Counted from the whole stretch's first letter, positions 1-13,149 are shown. The stretch is 62,895 nt of DNA, filler included, from Choristocarpus tenellus KU-1152 (GCA_964200185.2; 11 parts of 11 records of this genome joined end to end with filler, not necessarily neighbours in it), one strand, 5' to 3'. The notes: generated by a model not told the origin, from the sequence alone. Program-made: numbers and translations.

Positions 1-298
1 CGTTTTCGCAAAACAACCATCCTCATAGTCCGGGGCCATCCCCAATTTTGAGGATCCCCTGTTCTCTCGAGAACACCAGTTCCAGATGAAATTACCTGCT
101 TAACCATTGACGATACTTCTTTGTTTGAAGTAAAACACTTAATGGCCAAGTCTAGCTGGAGCACACATTAATATTGCTTCTTGTCATTTGAGTAGCATGC
201 ATATACCCTGCCGCCTAGAAGGAGTTGGTTCTCGTGAATGTTGTAGTTGAGATCACACAAGCAGCCACTGCCAAGGTGGGGGCATCAGAGGGAATGAA

Positions 299-3200
299 TC
301 ATTGACCGACCTCCTTCGAGGCAAGTACTCCTAAGACAGTGCTGCTACCAAAAACGCTCCCTACAGCTACCCCATTTTTCTCTGCCCAGGTTGTCCCAAC
401 TCGATCCTGAGAGAATTTCATCTTTCTTGTGAATGACATAGGAATTCCTCCAGGTGCTCTTCCCACCTTGGGAGAGCTATGCGCACGATAGTCCAGAAAT
501 GGTGATGGCACAGGAGGTGGCAGAGGCTTGTTCGATATGCACCCCTCCTCCACTTCCCCTGATAGAGGACATTTGTAGAGTCTCTTCTTCCCTTGAACTT
601 CTCTTGACAAAATTCTGATACTGCTATCACAACATTTCCAGGAATCATTCCGCGTTGGTGGTCGGTCAAGTAGTGAGCGTCCTGGTGGACACCATGCTCT
701 ATTTTTCCACCTCTCAACCTGATGAGGGCTTGGACTCTGAGGCTTCTCAACAAGGACTCTTCCTCTATGTCCAGTGCAATTCCCATCCTTTGTTGTGTGA
801 AGAAGTATGCGCCTTACTCTTTTGGAAGAATTCTCAGCAAACCTTCTTGGAATCCTAGAGCTACTACCACCTCGCGCACCAATAATGTTGCTAGTACCCA
901 GGAGCCAATCCACGGTAAGACATAGTGGATTAGAGTTAGTCGCAGGTACTATGTCATCTCGCTGAAGAGTATGGTCTGTGTTCATGTACATACTAATACC
1001 CGAACAGTTGCTGCAACCTCGCTCCTCTGCCGTACCTTCATATCCCACAAGTCTTCTTCCATGTCGTCTAGTACTGTCAGTAGTGCTTCTATTTCTATTC
1101 CTTCTTGATTTCTCCCTCTCACCTCCCCTGCTTCCCACTACCTCAACTCTTTCCAACTTATCATCACAATCGGATTTCAGCAGGTACAAGCTCCTTCTAG
1201 GCTCACTCTGAGTCCAGTAGTCTTCACCTCTTGAGAACTCTTTTGTGCCCCTTGTTTGCTTGCCTTCCCCACATACTAGTGTCCCTTCGTGGGTACGTTT
1301 TGATTCATTGAAGTTCTGAAGGAGGTGCTCTTTCAGTTCACAATCATTCTGCTGTGGTTGTCCCTGCCATGCTTGTTGCTTATGCTTCTTCTGTATCCAC
1401 CTTGCCCTGGCTAACTGGATGGTGCGTGCTGCAGTACGTTGTTGCTGCTCTTGCCGCGACCATTGGCACTGCCACCTTGGTATTTCCTCCTTCCACCACT
1501 CCACGGCGATGTTGTGAGCAGCTATCACTCGACGTTGCATGATGAGATGAAGGGCTCCTCTTCTGAGGGTGCGCACAACTATCTGAGCTGCCTTCACAGT
1601 GGTACTCACTTTCATCCCCTCTGTGGCCAAAGCCACCAGCCGTGCAGGGAAGAGGCACACAACACGCCCAAAGCGCTGAATGCAGAGAACTGCTCTATTA
1701 AGTCGATGCAAGTGCAAGAGATGATGGAATGCTGCGGACAAGACAAGAACTTCCTGTTGGCGCTTATGTATTCTTGCACGAATAGTACGTTGAATAATCA
1801 CTGCCATGTGATGCCTCCTCTGTAGTAAGAACGACTTTGCCCATACCCGCAAACCTCTTTGAGCTACTAGTCTCCTATACAACCTGCGGTACAAGCAGAT
1901 GCTGTCTAGCTGATTGTTCACCAAACACCTCTTCCACACCCTTTGCATCTTCCTTCCAGTCATGACTTTGCCGAACTCCCTCCAATACACCTCCCTTTGT
2001 TGTTTCACTATTTGGTATCGGTGCCAAGTACCTTGAAGAGTGCTTGCCGCTCTATCCCTCTTCCCCAACCACACCTGTTGCTGCTGCTGCTGTCTGCGCA
2101 ATGTAGCTCGCTTGCACCGCCACCAGGTGACCAATGTTGCAGCAGCAGTCTCACTCATGAACTGCACTCGGAGAGATCTACCACGCAGTCGCCACCATCT
2201 TGCAATCATAGTGACTGCCCCTGAGAGTTGTACAGCCCACTCGGCCTGTGCCACTTGCTTCCTGTCGATTAGACGCTTCCCTCTGATGATCAAGGACTGT
2301 GGCAAATCTTCTGAACTCTGGGCCTGCTCTGGTGATACATGGGCCATGGAATCACTGGCACCTGTAGGGAGTATTGAGTCAGCCCCATACGGCAGACTAG
2401 TGATAGAAATCCATCTCCCCCGGTCTTTCACTGCTTGCATTGCAACCATCCACTTGATAGTGTGTGTTAGATTGTGCTGGTGGTGTGACTCTAACCAGAT
2501 TATCCTTGTCCTCCTCTTTGCCGGGGGAGGGAAAGGCCTGGTCTATGACAAGGTTTAGTAAACCGTCACACATGGCACGAATTAATGACCCCTGCTGCTC
2601 AGAACGGTGGCTAAGGGCAGGAGATAGGTTGACCTCGAGAAGCCCTGGTTTGGAAGGGGGATAAAGAAAGCTTATGAGCTAAAGCACAAGGTATTAGAAC
2701 AATTTTGAGAGGGTGATAATCGGATTAGAGCTCCTCACAGTCCAGCAAAATGAAAAGAAGAAACTTCCTGGCAATGTAATGATTAATTGAAAGTAGCAAG
2801 AATGTATCTACTGTGTTTGCAAGAAAACAACATACATCTCACATGGTTTGAGCTCACAGTCAAGCAAAATATCAAACCCCAGCAGCTCAAAACATCCACT
2901 CCGAGGAACCATGTGGGGCTGCCCAGCTCGTAAGGTGGACCTCACTACACACTTTATCCCCGGCCAAACTCTTTCCCTCCAGAGCCGCTGACCCCTGGTC
3001 ATAGATATACTGTCCCCACCTTCCACTCTTGTATTAGTACTAAGCTTCTCTGCAGTTGCATTCCTTCCACCTTGCCCTCCAGCTACCTCTTCCTTAAATT
3101 TGATGTTGCCAAGCCACTGGATGAGATCATCCTGGGACAATATCAAGCTATCTCCCATTCCTTCCCCACTTCTCTCTGAGAATGTGGTTGGTAAGGTGTT

Positions 3201-6200
3201 CTCTGTTCCTTGCAAACCATATCTGCAACAGGAGATATCATCAGCATTAATAGTGTCACCATTGTGGAGGGGAAAGGTTCCCCAACCTTGTTGTGACTGG
3301 AAAGAGTTTTCTCCAAAGTCCCGTCGCTCTCCCTCCTGATTTTTGTCACCCTCCCGTTGCACACACCGGCTTATTCTCCCCACTTGTAGTCCACCCCGCA
3401 GGGCACGCAGCACTTCTGTTGGAGGTTTTGAAACATCGCTGTAGCATGGGCAAGGATGATGCAAACATTGGTTTCTCCTTTGAACATTGAAGTTGGTGAG
3501 GTGTACATACTGATCCTTGAAGTTATTTGTAGACAGGGTGAACGGACGGGAGCATAGGCGAAGATAACAAGGCTCAAACATATAGACCTGGAGCGGATCC
3601 CAGCTAGTCACTAGAACCCATACACGGATATCAAATTTCACAGGTGTTGTCGCCATCTTCCCTTGTACACTTGTAGACACAGAAGGGGCGCTGCCCCTAC
3701 CATTATTCATTGTTGCATGCCTCTGTCCAGCTCCATGCTGCACCCTCAAGCACTCCTGCCCGCCACTCATATCTGTGGGAGGGCACTTTCGTGATCCACT
3801 GCTGGCCTCCGTGATCAAACAACTTTTTGGCGGTTGCTCCTCTTCAGTGACACCATCAGGATCAAGGTGAGGGTTACAAGCAGTGTGCCCTGGCATGTCC
3901 ACAGGGAGCAATGCTTCCACATATTTTTGGATAACCCTTCCCCCCATACCTCTTTGAGCTTCTAGTGCTTCGTCCAGGGTAGAAATGACCTTGATACCGA
4001 TTCCTCTTGAATTTTCAGGAGGCTGTGAAGAGACCCGTCATGAGGAGGGAGGAACGGGGCAAGGGGGAGGGGGAGAGAATCAACTTCTTGCACATGATAC
4101 AGAGTTGAGTCTTTGAACTAGGGTCCATTTGTGCTTGTAGCAAAAACTGTAGCTCCACCTATAAATTGTAACTACGGGAAAGCTGCTGCTTACCTAGTAG
4201 ATGGTGTTGGGTTGGTGCAGCATGTTGAACTAAGACAGCTACGGTGCAATGCCAAAGTTGTCTAAGGTATGCTGCTGTAGTGCGTTCAATACTAGTGTAT
4301 TAGTACATTCAGTATGCATTCAAATACTTCATGAGCTGTTGTTGCAGAAATAAATGAAGCAATGTACTGTCAAGATACAGCGTTACTCCATGCAGCAGCA
4401 CTGAAAAAGTGATCAATAGGTGAAAATCACCCAAGTGATAAAAAGGGTTGAATAGTGTATATATTGTACCTACCACTGACCACCTCATGTTTTTTGTCGC
4501 GCACCTTTAACACCCACAAATTTCTCTCTCCCTCCATCGTCCACTGAGGGCAACGCTTACTTAAGACCAAGCAAATGCTCCTTGCCTCCTCCAGGAGGTC
4601 CTCCACTTTGTTCCTTTTCACAGTTGAGTGTCCCTGAGACACATATTCTCTTCTTCCAATCCGCATAAAACTCTTCATGGGCAAGGATTTGCAGGTTGCA
4701 GAGTGGCTTATGCTGCACATGGTGTTTGCAATGTGCCTGCTTCCCCATATGGAAGACTTGTTGGGGAAGGAAGTCACACAATGAAGGGAATAAAAAAGTT
4801 AAAGAAGAGAACAATAATAAATATTGTACATGTCAAAACTTAGAAACAAGATCTCCAGAGAGAGTAGTGTATGTGGCACCCCCTCATCCCTCTCACCAAC
4901 CTGACCCTAAGCTCCTGCTGCTCCCATTGCCCCCAATATATAAGTGTTGCACAGGACAAGGTTTGTTCCTTCTTGCAGTGTCCACCACAGTCCAGTCTCC
5001 TTCCCCCTGTGTCTGTCCCTCTCACTTTCATCACAAATCGTTCTTGGCTTTTCCCCTCCCCCTTTTTCTCCCTTGCATCCACCATGCTCCCACAAGGAGC
5101 ATGCTCACTCGTTGTCTCTGCCACTGAGGCCAGCAACATAGAGGTGTTTTCCTCTTCAGACCCATGGCATGTCTCCTGCCCACTTATCAGACTATCTTTC
5201 GATATATTCCAAAGAGCAGGCTGTAACCTCTGGGCCTGAAGATCAGCACTCTGGCTTGTGATATGAACGCCATCAGCAGTGTCCACCTGCTTTTGATTGC
5301 CCTTGTTGTGCCGAAAAAACTTTTGATTCTTGCTTCTACCCTGACCATGACTCTGGTCTTGGCCTTCATAGAAATCTCGATTCTGGTCAAGGCCCCAACC
5401 CAGCCTGAGTCCTCGCACGCTGTTGCTTCTTCTCTTATTTTTCCTATATTTGCTGTAGACCTCAGGTGCTGTTGCAGGGCGGGGCTTTGCACCCTTACCC
5501 TTGCGAGGGAGCCAGTCTTCTTTCTCATTAGTGTACGAGTAGTGATCTGGGGTGTCCCCTGCCCTGCGCACCAAATAGCTGTACTGGAGGAGAGATTCCC
5601 ATTCCTTTGGTTCCAATCTTGTCACTTCTTTATCAACATTGTTGTCGTTGGCAACCTCACCTGTCAGAGTGCAAGTAGGTGTATTCTTGTATTGAAGGAG
5701 TCGTAAAACACAGATTCGACAATTATACTTCAGACAAGGAAAAACAGCATTATATCACTGATACATTACCTGACCTTTTCTGAGGTCAATACGCCATCCT
5801 GAAATATTCAGAAGGTGTCTCCGACACGCACGTAGTGCAAGGCCAACCATCCAGGCATGTATGCCACCGCAGCACCTAGGCTTAACCAGGTGGTAAGGAC
5901 AATGTGGCTTTGCATTGGTGCCCCTGGAGGAATGGGTACCTGACAGATGTTCGAGTTGGTTGAGTTTCTCTTGTCTGGAGGAAAGATGCCTGCAATGTAC
6001 CTGCATATGGAAAGGGGAGGAGATTTGTCATTTGCAGCTGTAGTGACCACACAAATCAAAAGTCAATTATGTGGGGGAAATGATTTATTTCCGAGCTTTG
6101 TGCGTAGTATCATTTTCGTACTGACCAAGTTGTGCCGCATAAAACAATGCTTCTTGCCTTGAGAACAGCTACGGCGGCAGTTTGCTTAAAGTCTGCCTTG

Positions 6201-7018
6201 AACTCGTCCAGTTGAGCACAGTTACCTAAGCAGTAGCTTCGGGGGAAAAAGAAAGGGACAGGGGCAATGCACCCTGGAGGAATGGAAGCAGGAATATCCC
6301 ATGCCCCATCCCTGAGGGTATTGCACAATTCGATCTGCGGGTGGTACAAGGCAGTAGGCAACACAGTCAATGAGTGACAGGTGTCAGAGGAGGTATTTCA
6401 ATATTAGCGATCCTCAGAGTTTGAAACTGGGGTTACTCTGCAGGAGTGCACCCACCTCGTCGAATAGTTCTGCATTCCTGTGCGATGTTGAGAGTGGTAA
6501 CAGAATAATGAATAATGGTCTTCACATCGCTCAGGATCCTTGCACAATTGTTTTACGTATTTGCATGAGTTTCATCGAAAGGAGTCGAGAGAGTGCCAAC
6601 CCCTGCCAACCTTCGTTGTCAAAGCAGTGTTGCCTTCAAAGTGGTTCGCAATTTGCCCCTTTCCCATCGCTCCAAGATCCACTCGGCCTTGCCCCAGCGT
6701 CCACACCAAGTCCGGTACTACAACTTTATTTCTCCTACTAGAGACTCCAAGCCCTCCATCAGCGCCCTTTAGCTTGCACCACGAAAGAGATCCAGGGGTA
6801 AGGGTCCCTTCGAATGCGCCTTCCCCGACCCTAGCCCATTCGCGGTGTAAGGGAAGATGAACCTGCGACCATCCCCTACGACGCAAGCCTTCTCGAATAT
6901 GACGATATCCGCTCTCAATCGTATCCTCAAAAACAAAGCATGGTTGGTGGAACTGTCCAGATACAGGAGGGTGGATTTCTTGTTCAAGGCTGGTCGATTT
7001 ATCTGTGTTATCAAGCAT
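299..7018 (-). CDS. TTLL3: Tubulin-tyrosine-ligase-like protein, TTLL3/TTLL8 (glycylase) type, with C-terminal IQ-like repeats; 8-exon model, about 1766 aa
   Basis: Hand-spliced, phase-consistent exons: 7018-6611, 6334-6158, 6000-5775, 5660-4906 (or 4897), 4756-4505, 4022-2843, 2644-2496, 2452-299. Motifs in order: IREGLRRRGW, QIANHFEGNTALTTK|IELCNTLR, FFPRSYCL, EFKADFKQTAAVAVLK, LEPKEWESLLQYSY, PQWTMEGERNLWVLK|PPENSRGIGI, IQKYVE, KFDIRVWVLVTSWDPL, HLTNFNVQ, FELLGFDILLDCELKP|WLLEVNLSP. These match the TTL ATP-grasp fold and TTLL3/8 segments as I recall them. The last junction (2453-2495) is uncertain. Confidence 0.88.
1393..2220 (-). other. Cluster of degenerate IQ (calmodulin-binding-like) motifs in the TTLL tail
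   Basis: In the 716-aa ORF: AVTMIARWWR, AATLVTWWR, AASTLQGTWHRY, RKMQRVWKR, AVIIQRTIRAR, AVLCIQRFGR, AAQIVVRTLRR, AARTIQLARARW, resembling the AAxxIQxxWR consensus. Boundaries approximate. Confidence 0.65.
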
Positions 7019-10000
7019 CCTAATTCTGCACGCATGCGCCTGTTACGTCGCCCCGCGCCTTGCCCACTAAAACACTACAGTTACACGCAGCACCCTGTCA
7101 TTTGGAGAATATTGGATGGGGTTCACAAAGCTCAACATCTGCAGATAGGCGCTTGCTTCTCTAGGTGGCCAACGCCATATGCTACAAGTGACAAGGGATC
7201 TAGGAGGGGTGGATGAGCGATAGGTGCGCTACGGCGTGTTCGAGGCAACACCTGTTACTATATCTTCTAACTACTACTCTTGTCGAAGGTAAGACAGTAG
7301 AGGTCTAACTCATCATATTGTAGGTATTTTATCAAAATACTCCTACTACTATCACAACCACTACTATTGATTGGTACGACCATTACAAATGCTATTATTA
7401 TTGTTGCTGTTGCTATTACTGTTATTACAACTATTATTAATTGCGAATACCAGAAGACGTCATGCGTTCTAAGGTGGAGAAACCAGGGAGATGGGTAAGG
7501 AGGGGCTTGTTAGATTCTTGAGATGCTTCCCTAGCTCTTCATCCTGGCTGGGGTGCAGGGCTAAGGTAGGTTGGAGGCATATAGGAGGGCAGTGGTGTAG
7601 CATAGGTGTTAGTAAAATAGTAAATCGATCATAGAAAAATATCTTTCACATTTACGAAAAATGTTACTTTTTCAAAGTTGTGATATTTAATTGGGCTTTC
7701 GTTGCTTTTTCCGACACCCACAAAATGTCAGAGGGCAAAAAAAAATACCACAAGAGTGTCTTCAATTTAATGATCCTACTAAAAACCCTTGTAGCGTGTC
7801 CGTAAGATTTGTCACCCAGTGCCCTGACCCCCTTTTAGGAATATATAATGAATTCCAAGAAGAGGTTTCTATAGTTGCGATAGTCAAAGTTGGAAAAGAC
7901 CCTATCCCAGGTATTGCGAAAAATATGTAACAATAGAGCGATAGAAAAATAGACGTGCAACGTTTGTTTTCAGTTGGTGAAGGAAAATTTCCATGTTGGA
8001 AAACATGTGTCTATGTCGTTAAGATCGTGTTGAACAAAGAGCCCAGCACTCATCACATATCTTCTCTTGCAGGACTCCTCCTCTTCCACATGTCCTAACG
8101 TAGGTCAATTTCTTCCTCATCTTATCTTCATGCTTCACAAAGAGGCCAAGCACTCAGGTGTTCATCCCTGTCTTGCCTTTTCCATGCTAGGTGAGATATC
8201 TTGACTCTCTTCCCTCTTCCAGATGTCTAACGCACACAACCAATTCCTCTTTTGACACATGTCGATGTCTATCTCACACAAAAGAAGTCCAATAGCACCA
8301 ACATGTCCACCATTGTCCGGCATTTTCCTATCATATGCAAGGTGCCCTCCATTCTTCTCCGAAACCTCTTGTTTGTCTTCCCTGGTAAGTAAGGCTTCCA
8401 TTACTGCCCACCCCTTTCCTTTCACTATCCAATGGAAAGTGACTTAACCTTTCCTGCTTCAACATATACCTCCTATCATTCATTCTGAATATTCCTTCAC
8501 TTGGTATGATTTCTTCCAAATTCTTTCCCATAATTTGCAAAAAGTGCAAGCCCCTGACTGCCGCCTCTTTCTGTTCGAAGCTTCCATCACCACAATAATC
8601 AAATCCCTTATGCATCGTTTCAATTCATTTTCAAGAAGGTTAAGACCCTAAGTGTCAATCTGTGTCCTGCTTTTTCCTATCTTAGGCTAGGTACCCTCCA
8701 AGCGTTGATGGCAATATGACAGGAAAAGCAACTTCTTGCCTTTTAAGTGTTTTTGTCTGCACTAGAAGAGGATTCCAACTGACTGATCCATCGCCAACTG
8801 CAATCTGCATCTCAACCCAAGAAGAGAAGAGGGTACAGAAGAGTTTCGTAGGAGGTGACCAAAGGGGTCAGAATCAAGGCTCCGCATCAAAAGTGAGATA
8901 AGGATACATACACACAGACTTCTCTGCTCGAACCATATTGTGGCTGACCTCGCCTGCAGTTAAGAAGGTAGAAAGTATCCAAATCAGGGCTATATGAGGG
9001 GTGGCACTTGGCGACTGGACTATATCTTGCAGACCATTGCATTCAACTTTGAGGAAACTAAACATTGAAGGTGACATACAGTTCAAATTGCAGTGTGATC
9101 AACTCTGGAGGAAAGAATGCAGGAGGAACAGGAGATGAAAAAGGGCATTCAAAGAGACAAAAATACAACGTTCTTGATGGCCATGAGTACAACACACAAG
9201 ACCGACAGGCGGCGTTAGTACCTGGGCAAGAAAAAATCATGCCTGATATATCTAACAACTAACTTTTGTCAATCTTGACAACGAAAGCAATACCAAACAT
9301 TTGAGCCTTCGTGTCAGCAAACCACCTTAAAATATATTTGTCCCGCATTAGTGATAAAAAATCTCAGTACCGACAAAACGCAATTTGCCAAAATGAGCTA
9401 CTAGTAAAAGAGTTCAACTCACGACGAAGCCCTTGTCACTCAAGTTGCCTGTAGACTCATAAATCACAACAGCGATAATCAATAACATTGTGTCAAAGGC
9501 ACACACCAAAATTGGTTGTTTTTCTTGTGGTTTCACTTCGACCCACATAAAAAAGATAATAAATCGATCTGAGTCTGAAATACCCTAACAAATGGGAAGA
9601 ATTGAAGAGAAACAGATACAGAATCGCAGCCTATTCGACAAAAGTAAAAAGACAACCAATTGGGTGAACAGAAGATGCAAATTTACGTGGCGACGCGAGA
9701 AAATGCTTCAGTAGTAGAGTCAATGGGATTTTTCTTGGTGCAGGCAATAGCAACGTCGAAGAGATTGTTGCTATTCTTTTCAAATACAAAGTTGAGGCTA
9801 CGCTTCAATCAGACCTTTGTATACATATCCTTGCCTCACCCCTAATGCAAAGCCTCACTTCACACCCCTTTGCATGTTTGGACATTCTCCTATGACCTTA
9901 AGATATATTGATTACATGAGATATCACCCTTCTTGAATCGCGTATTTACAGCGTGTAATGGGTTTTGGTCGTTTATACACGTAAAAGGCGTCCATGCCTG

Positions 10001-12456
10001 AAGATCAGGCGTTTTCCTTGTGCACAATATAGACGTGGGAAATTGACTCGACGAAAACCAGAGAAAAACCAAAACGACTTCAACAGGTTGGAAAAAACCC
10101 TAAAAGGAGGAGGTCTTCGTCACCTTGGAGGCGTTTCAACGTAACTTACATTCAAATTTGGCCTACCTTACTTACCTGATCACGGACCTTTTTTACTCCT
10201 TCCAAAACCCATCATAGGTAATGTATGTCATTTTCTTCTCGTTTTGTTAGGTTTTTGGGTGACAGTTGCGTCGTGCTGAAGAAAATGTTACCTTTCTGCA
10301 GGCACAGAACCTGCGTACTCGCTACCACATCATATGACATTCCAAGGGGGTTTTCGTTGTACAACTAATAATACACTGTACTAGATTTTCTTATCTTGGT
10401 TAGACAAATGCCATAATGAATTTCATTTTGAGCACTCTATTTATATACTGTAAATACTATCTGTTGATATCAAAATAGTAAAGCCGAGGTCCATGGTTCG
10501 AGCCTCGGCGCGAGTACCACTGTTTATGGGGCGTGGTTTTCTGTGATGGTGGGTGGTGAGAACCACCAGAGATGAGGTTCAGAAAAGAAGTGAGAGATGA
10601 AGCTGAGGCATGCTGCGGATCAATCTCCACTATGATTGGTTGTGACCAGTCAGAATACAAAACACAATCTTGGGCTTTTCTGGTTTGAATCCACAGTTCT
10701 TGTCAGGGTTGCCGTGAGCTGATCGTGTGTCTGACCCACCCCACATCACTTGAGCTAACCTCAACGGCAAAAGGTGGCGCGTGCAAATGTATATGCCTTC
10801 TCGTATTATCCTCATCGGTGTCGAAAGATTTTTTTAAAGCCGAACTTTTTTGACAACAATAACTCTAATTCAAAAACAATCAAGATCATAATAATGATAA
10901 TATATATGGTTCCAATAATATCAAATTATGGATGTGTTTGTAAGCAAAGATAAAAAGATAAACAACCAATCCGGCCCAGCTATCTGCCTCGAAAAAAGAC
11001 GGGAAATGTGAGAGGAGACAAAGAATTCGAGACACAAGACACGAGAAGCTAAAGGAAACCGAAGAGAAAATATCGAGGGTGCCGTAGGAAAACCAAAGCA
11101 CACAAATACTCAACCAAGGCTACACAACGCTTCCAATCAATGACCATAGAACTGAAAGTCCAGATAATAAATGTCAAGCACCGGAAGCAAAGGGTACCAA
11201 GGCCGGACAATGGATGGAAAAAAATAAAGCGATTTGCATACTGCTACTATAGTATTTTGTATCTGCTACTTTCAACAGCATTTTATCGGAGTGGGTTCCG
11301 AGTTTCAGATAAACCGGCTCCTTTTGTTATAAAAACAATACACGATATGAAAAACAAAACTACACTAGAAACGGTTGGATCACATAATCATGCTATCAGG
11401 CCATTCATCTCCTACAAAGAGATGAGGTGACAGTTACTTTGACCCTTTACTGCCTGCTGGGAAGGTTATTCCTTACTTGCCATCCTTGATCACCATTTCG
11501 ATATTTTGATACCAATTCGAGATTGCTGATACACCCTGAAAACACCAGGAAACCAGCCATTGATTGCCGCTTTGAGACTCTGGACCTTTCAGGCTTACAG
11601 TCTGCAGGTATATGGTTGGCTTGTCTCCTGGGCATGTGGTGGTGGTGTGGATTATTGACTTGGTAGAGCGGATTACATCACACAATGTAGAATGGACGTA
11701 AAATATGTATAGAGGTTTTGACAAGATGGGAAAGCATTCCCAGCGGTCAAGGCCAGCGAAATACGGTTGTCTGCCTGTCGAACAATCACAAAATCTCAAC
11801 CATGACCCATCACCTGATATTTTTCATCTCCAAGAGGGGTCACAAATTCAGATACTATTCTATTATCACAAAACCAAAGGAGAAAAAAAAGACTGGTTAT
11901 TATACACCTTGGAAAACATTACTCTAACAATATGTTATGTCCATATAACACTATGTAGTGCCTGTAACACTCATGTCCAAACATGTACTTCTGAAGTACA
12001 GCACTATTGATGCAATGCTTGTAAGATTCCAATCCAAAACACATACAGTACTTAGAAGTACAACACTGTTACAGGCGAATAGAGCGAGTATTTCTGTGTT
12101 CTAACGATGGAAAGCAGTATACACGCATGGGGAACCTTATAAAGAGGAACTCCGATTTGCTAAAGGTCGCAGAGTAAGATCTGTAACTTGGGAATGTCGC
12201 AATGTTTTTCAGATGTATTCCAACTTCTATTAATCAAAACAAAATAACCAGTAGATGATAATAAAAGAAACATAGAGCACTGCTTTATAAACTCTATAAA
12301 CAGTCCTCTTACCACTTCTTTTCTTTGATGCTAATTACCCATTGATGTTCAAAAATGAGAAGTACCCCCTGTTCTGCTGAGCTGACGTTCGACTAACCTG
12401 CCGCATGTCGGACACCTGGACCGCTGAAGTATCCTGGGAGGCTTGCACGAGCATCA

Positions 12457-12715
12457 GAGTTAAAGTATCTTAGAGGGTTCGAGTTTTGCCCTGTTTGTCC
12501 ATTTGGGGCCTGGCTTCCCATGGGGTTTCTTACAACATTTTCCTACTCCAAAATGTGTCGGAGTAGGTAAAATGTATATGTTATGGAAAGTTATGTTTGG
12601 AACAAGAATATTGACACTTCCTGACAAACACGGTAACCGAAATTACATCAAAATCGCAACATTGGATTTTGGTCGCCAAATGGACGCGGCCCTACCCTCT
12701 AAGATACTTTGGCTC
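12457..12715. mobile_element. MITE family A, copy 1 (259 bp, GAG termini, 4-bp TSD ATCA)
   Basis: Left GAGTTAAAGTATCTTAGAGGG, right CCCTCTAAGATACTTTGGCTC; ATCA at 12453-12456 and 12716-12719; alignable along its length to 49678-49932. Confidence 0.85.
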
Positions 12716-13149
12716 ATCAACATTTTCTAAAGGCTCGTGGATTGGAGCTATACATCCCGTGGAGGTAAGCTTCTGGAGCGTGCTGTAACATGGAGGACCT
12801 ACTGAGACTTCCACGTTTTAACAATACTGCGCAATGTCCATGACAATCCGTTCCAAATCATATATGACATGAAATGTGTTGCTATTTTAACGTAATGCAC
12901 ATTACGCTATCACCCAAAAGATAATGTCACAACATAGTGTTATGGGTTAACGATCCCCACAAAATTGTGATTAGCACCCCATTATCATGTGCAGCAACAT
13001 AACATCACAAATTATTACAATGAAATAGGAATTATTGCACCACTTTCTTACTGACTTCACAGACAGTAGTATCTCTCAGTGTTTTATTTGGCTGTACTCT
13101 GTTTCTGTTCCCTTGCAGGTCTCGCATTGCAGTTCTGACACCACAGTAG

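Noticed and set aside
418-2558. Overlapping and antisense ORFs over the TTLL gene (likewise over the USP and kinase exons)
   Set aside because: Shadow ORFs with no motifs or independent splice signals.
9570-10265. Possible old TIR element (CCTAACAAA...GAAGAA and its inverse)
   Set aside because: Matches are short and degenerate and no TSD was found.
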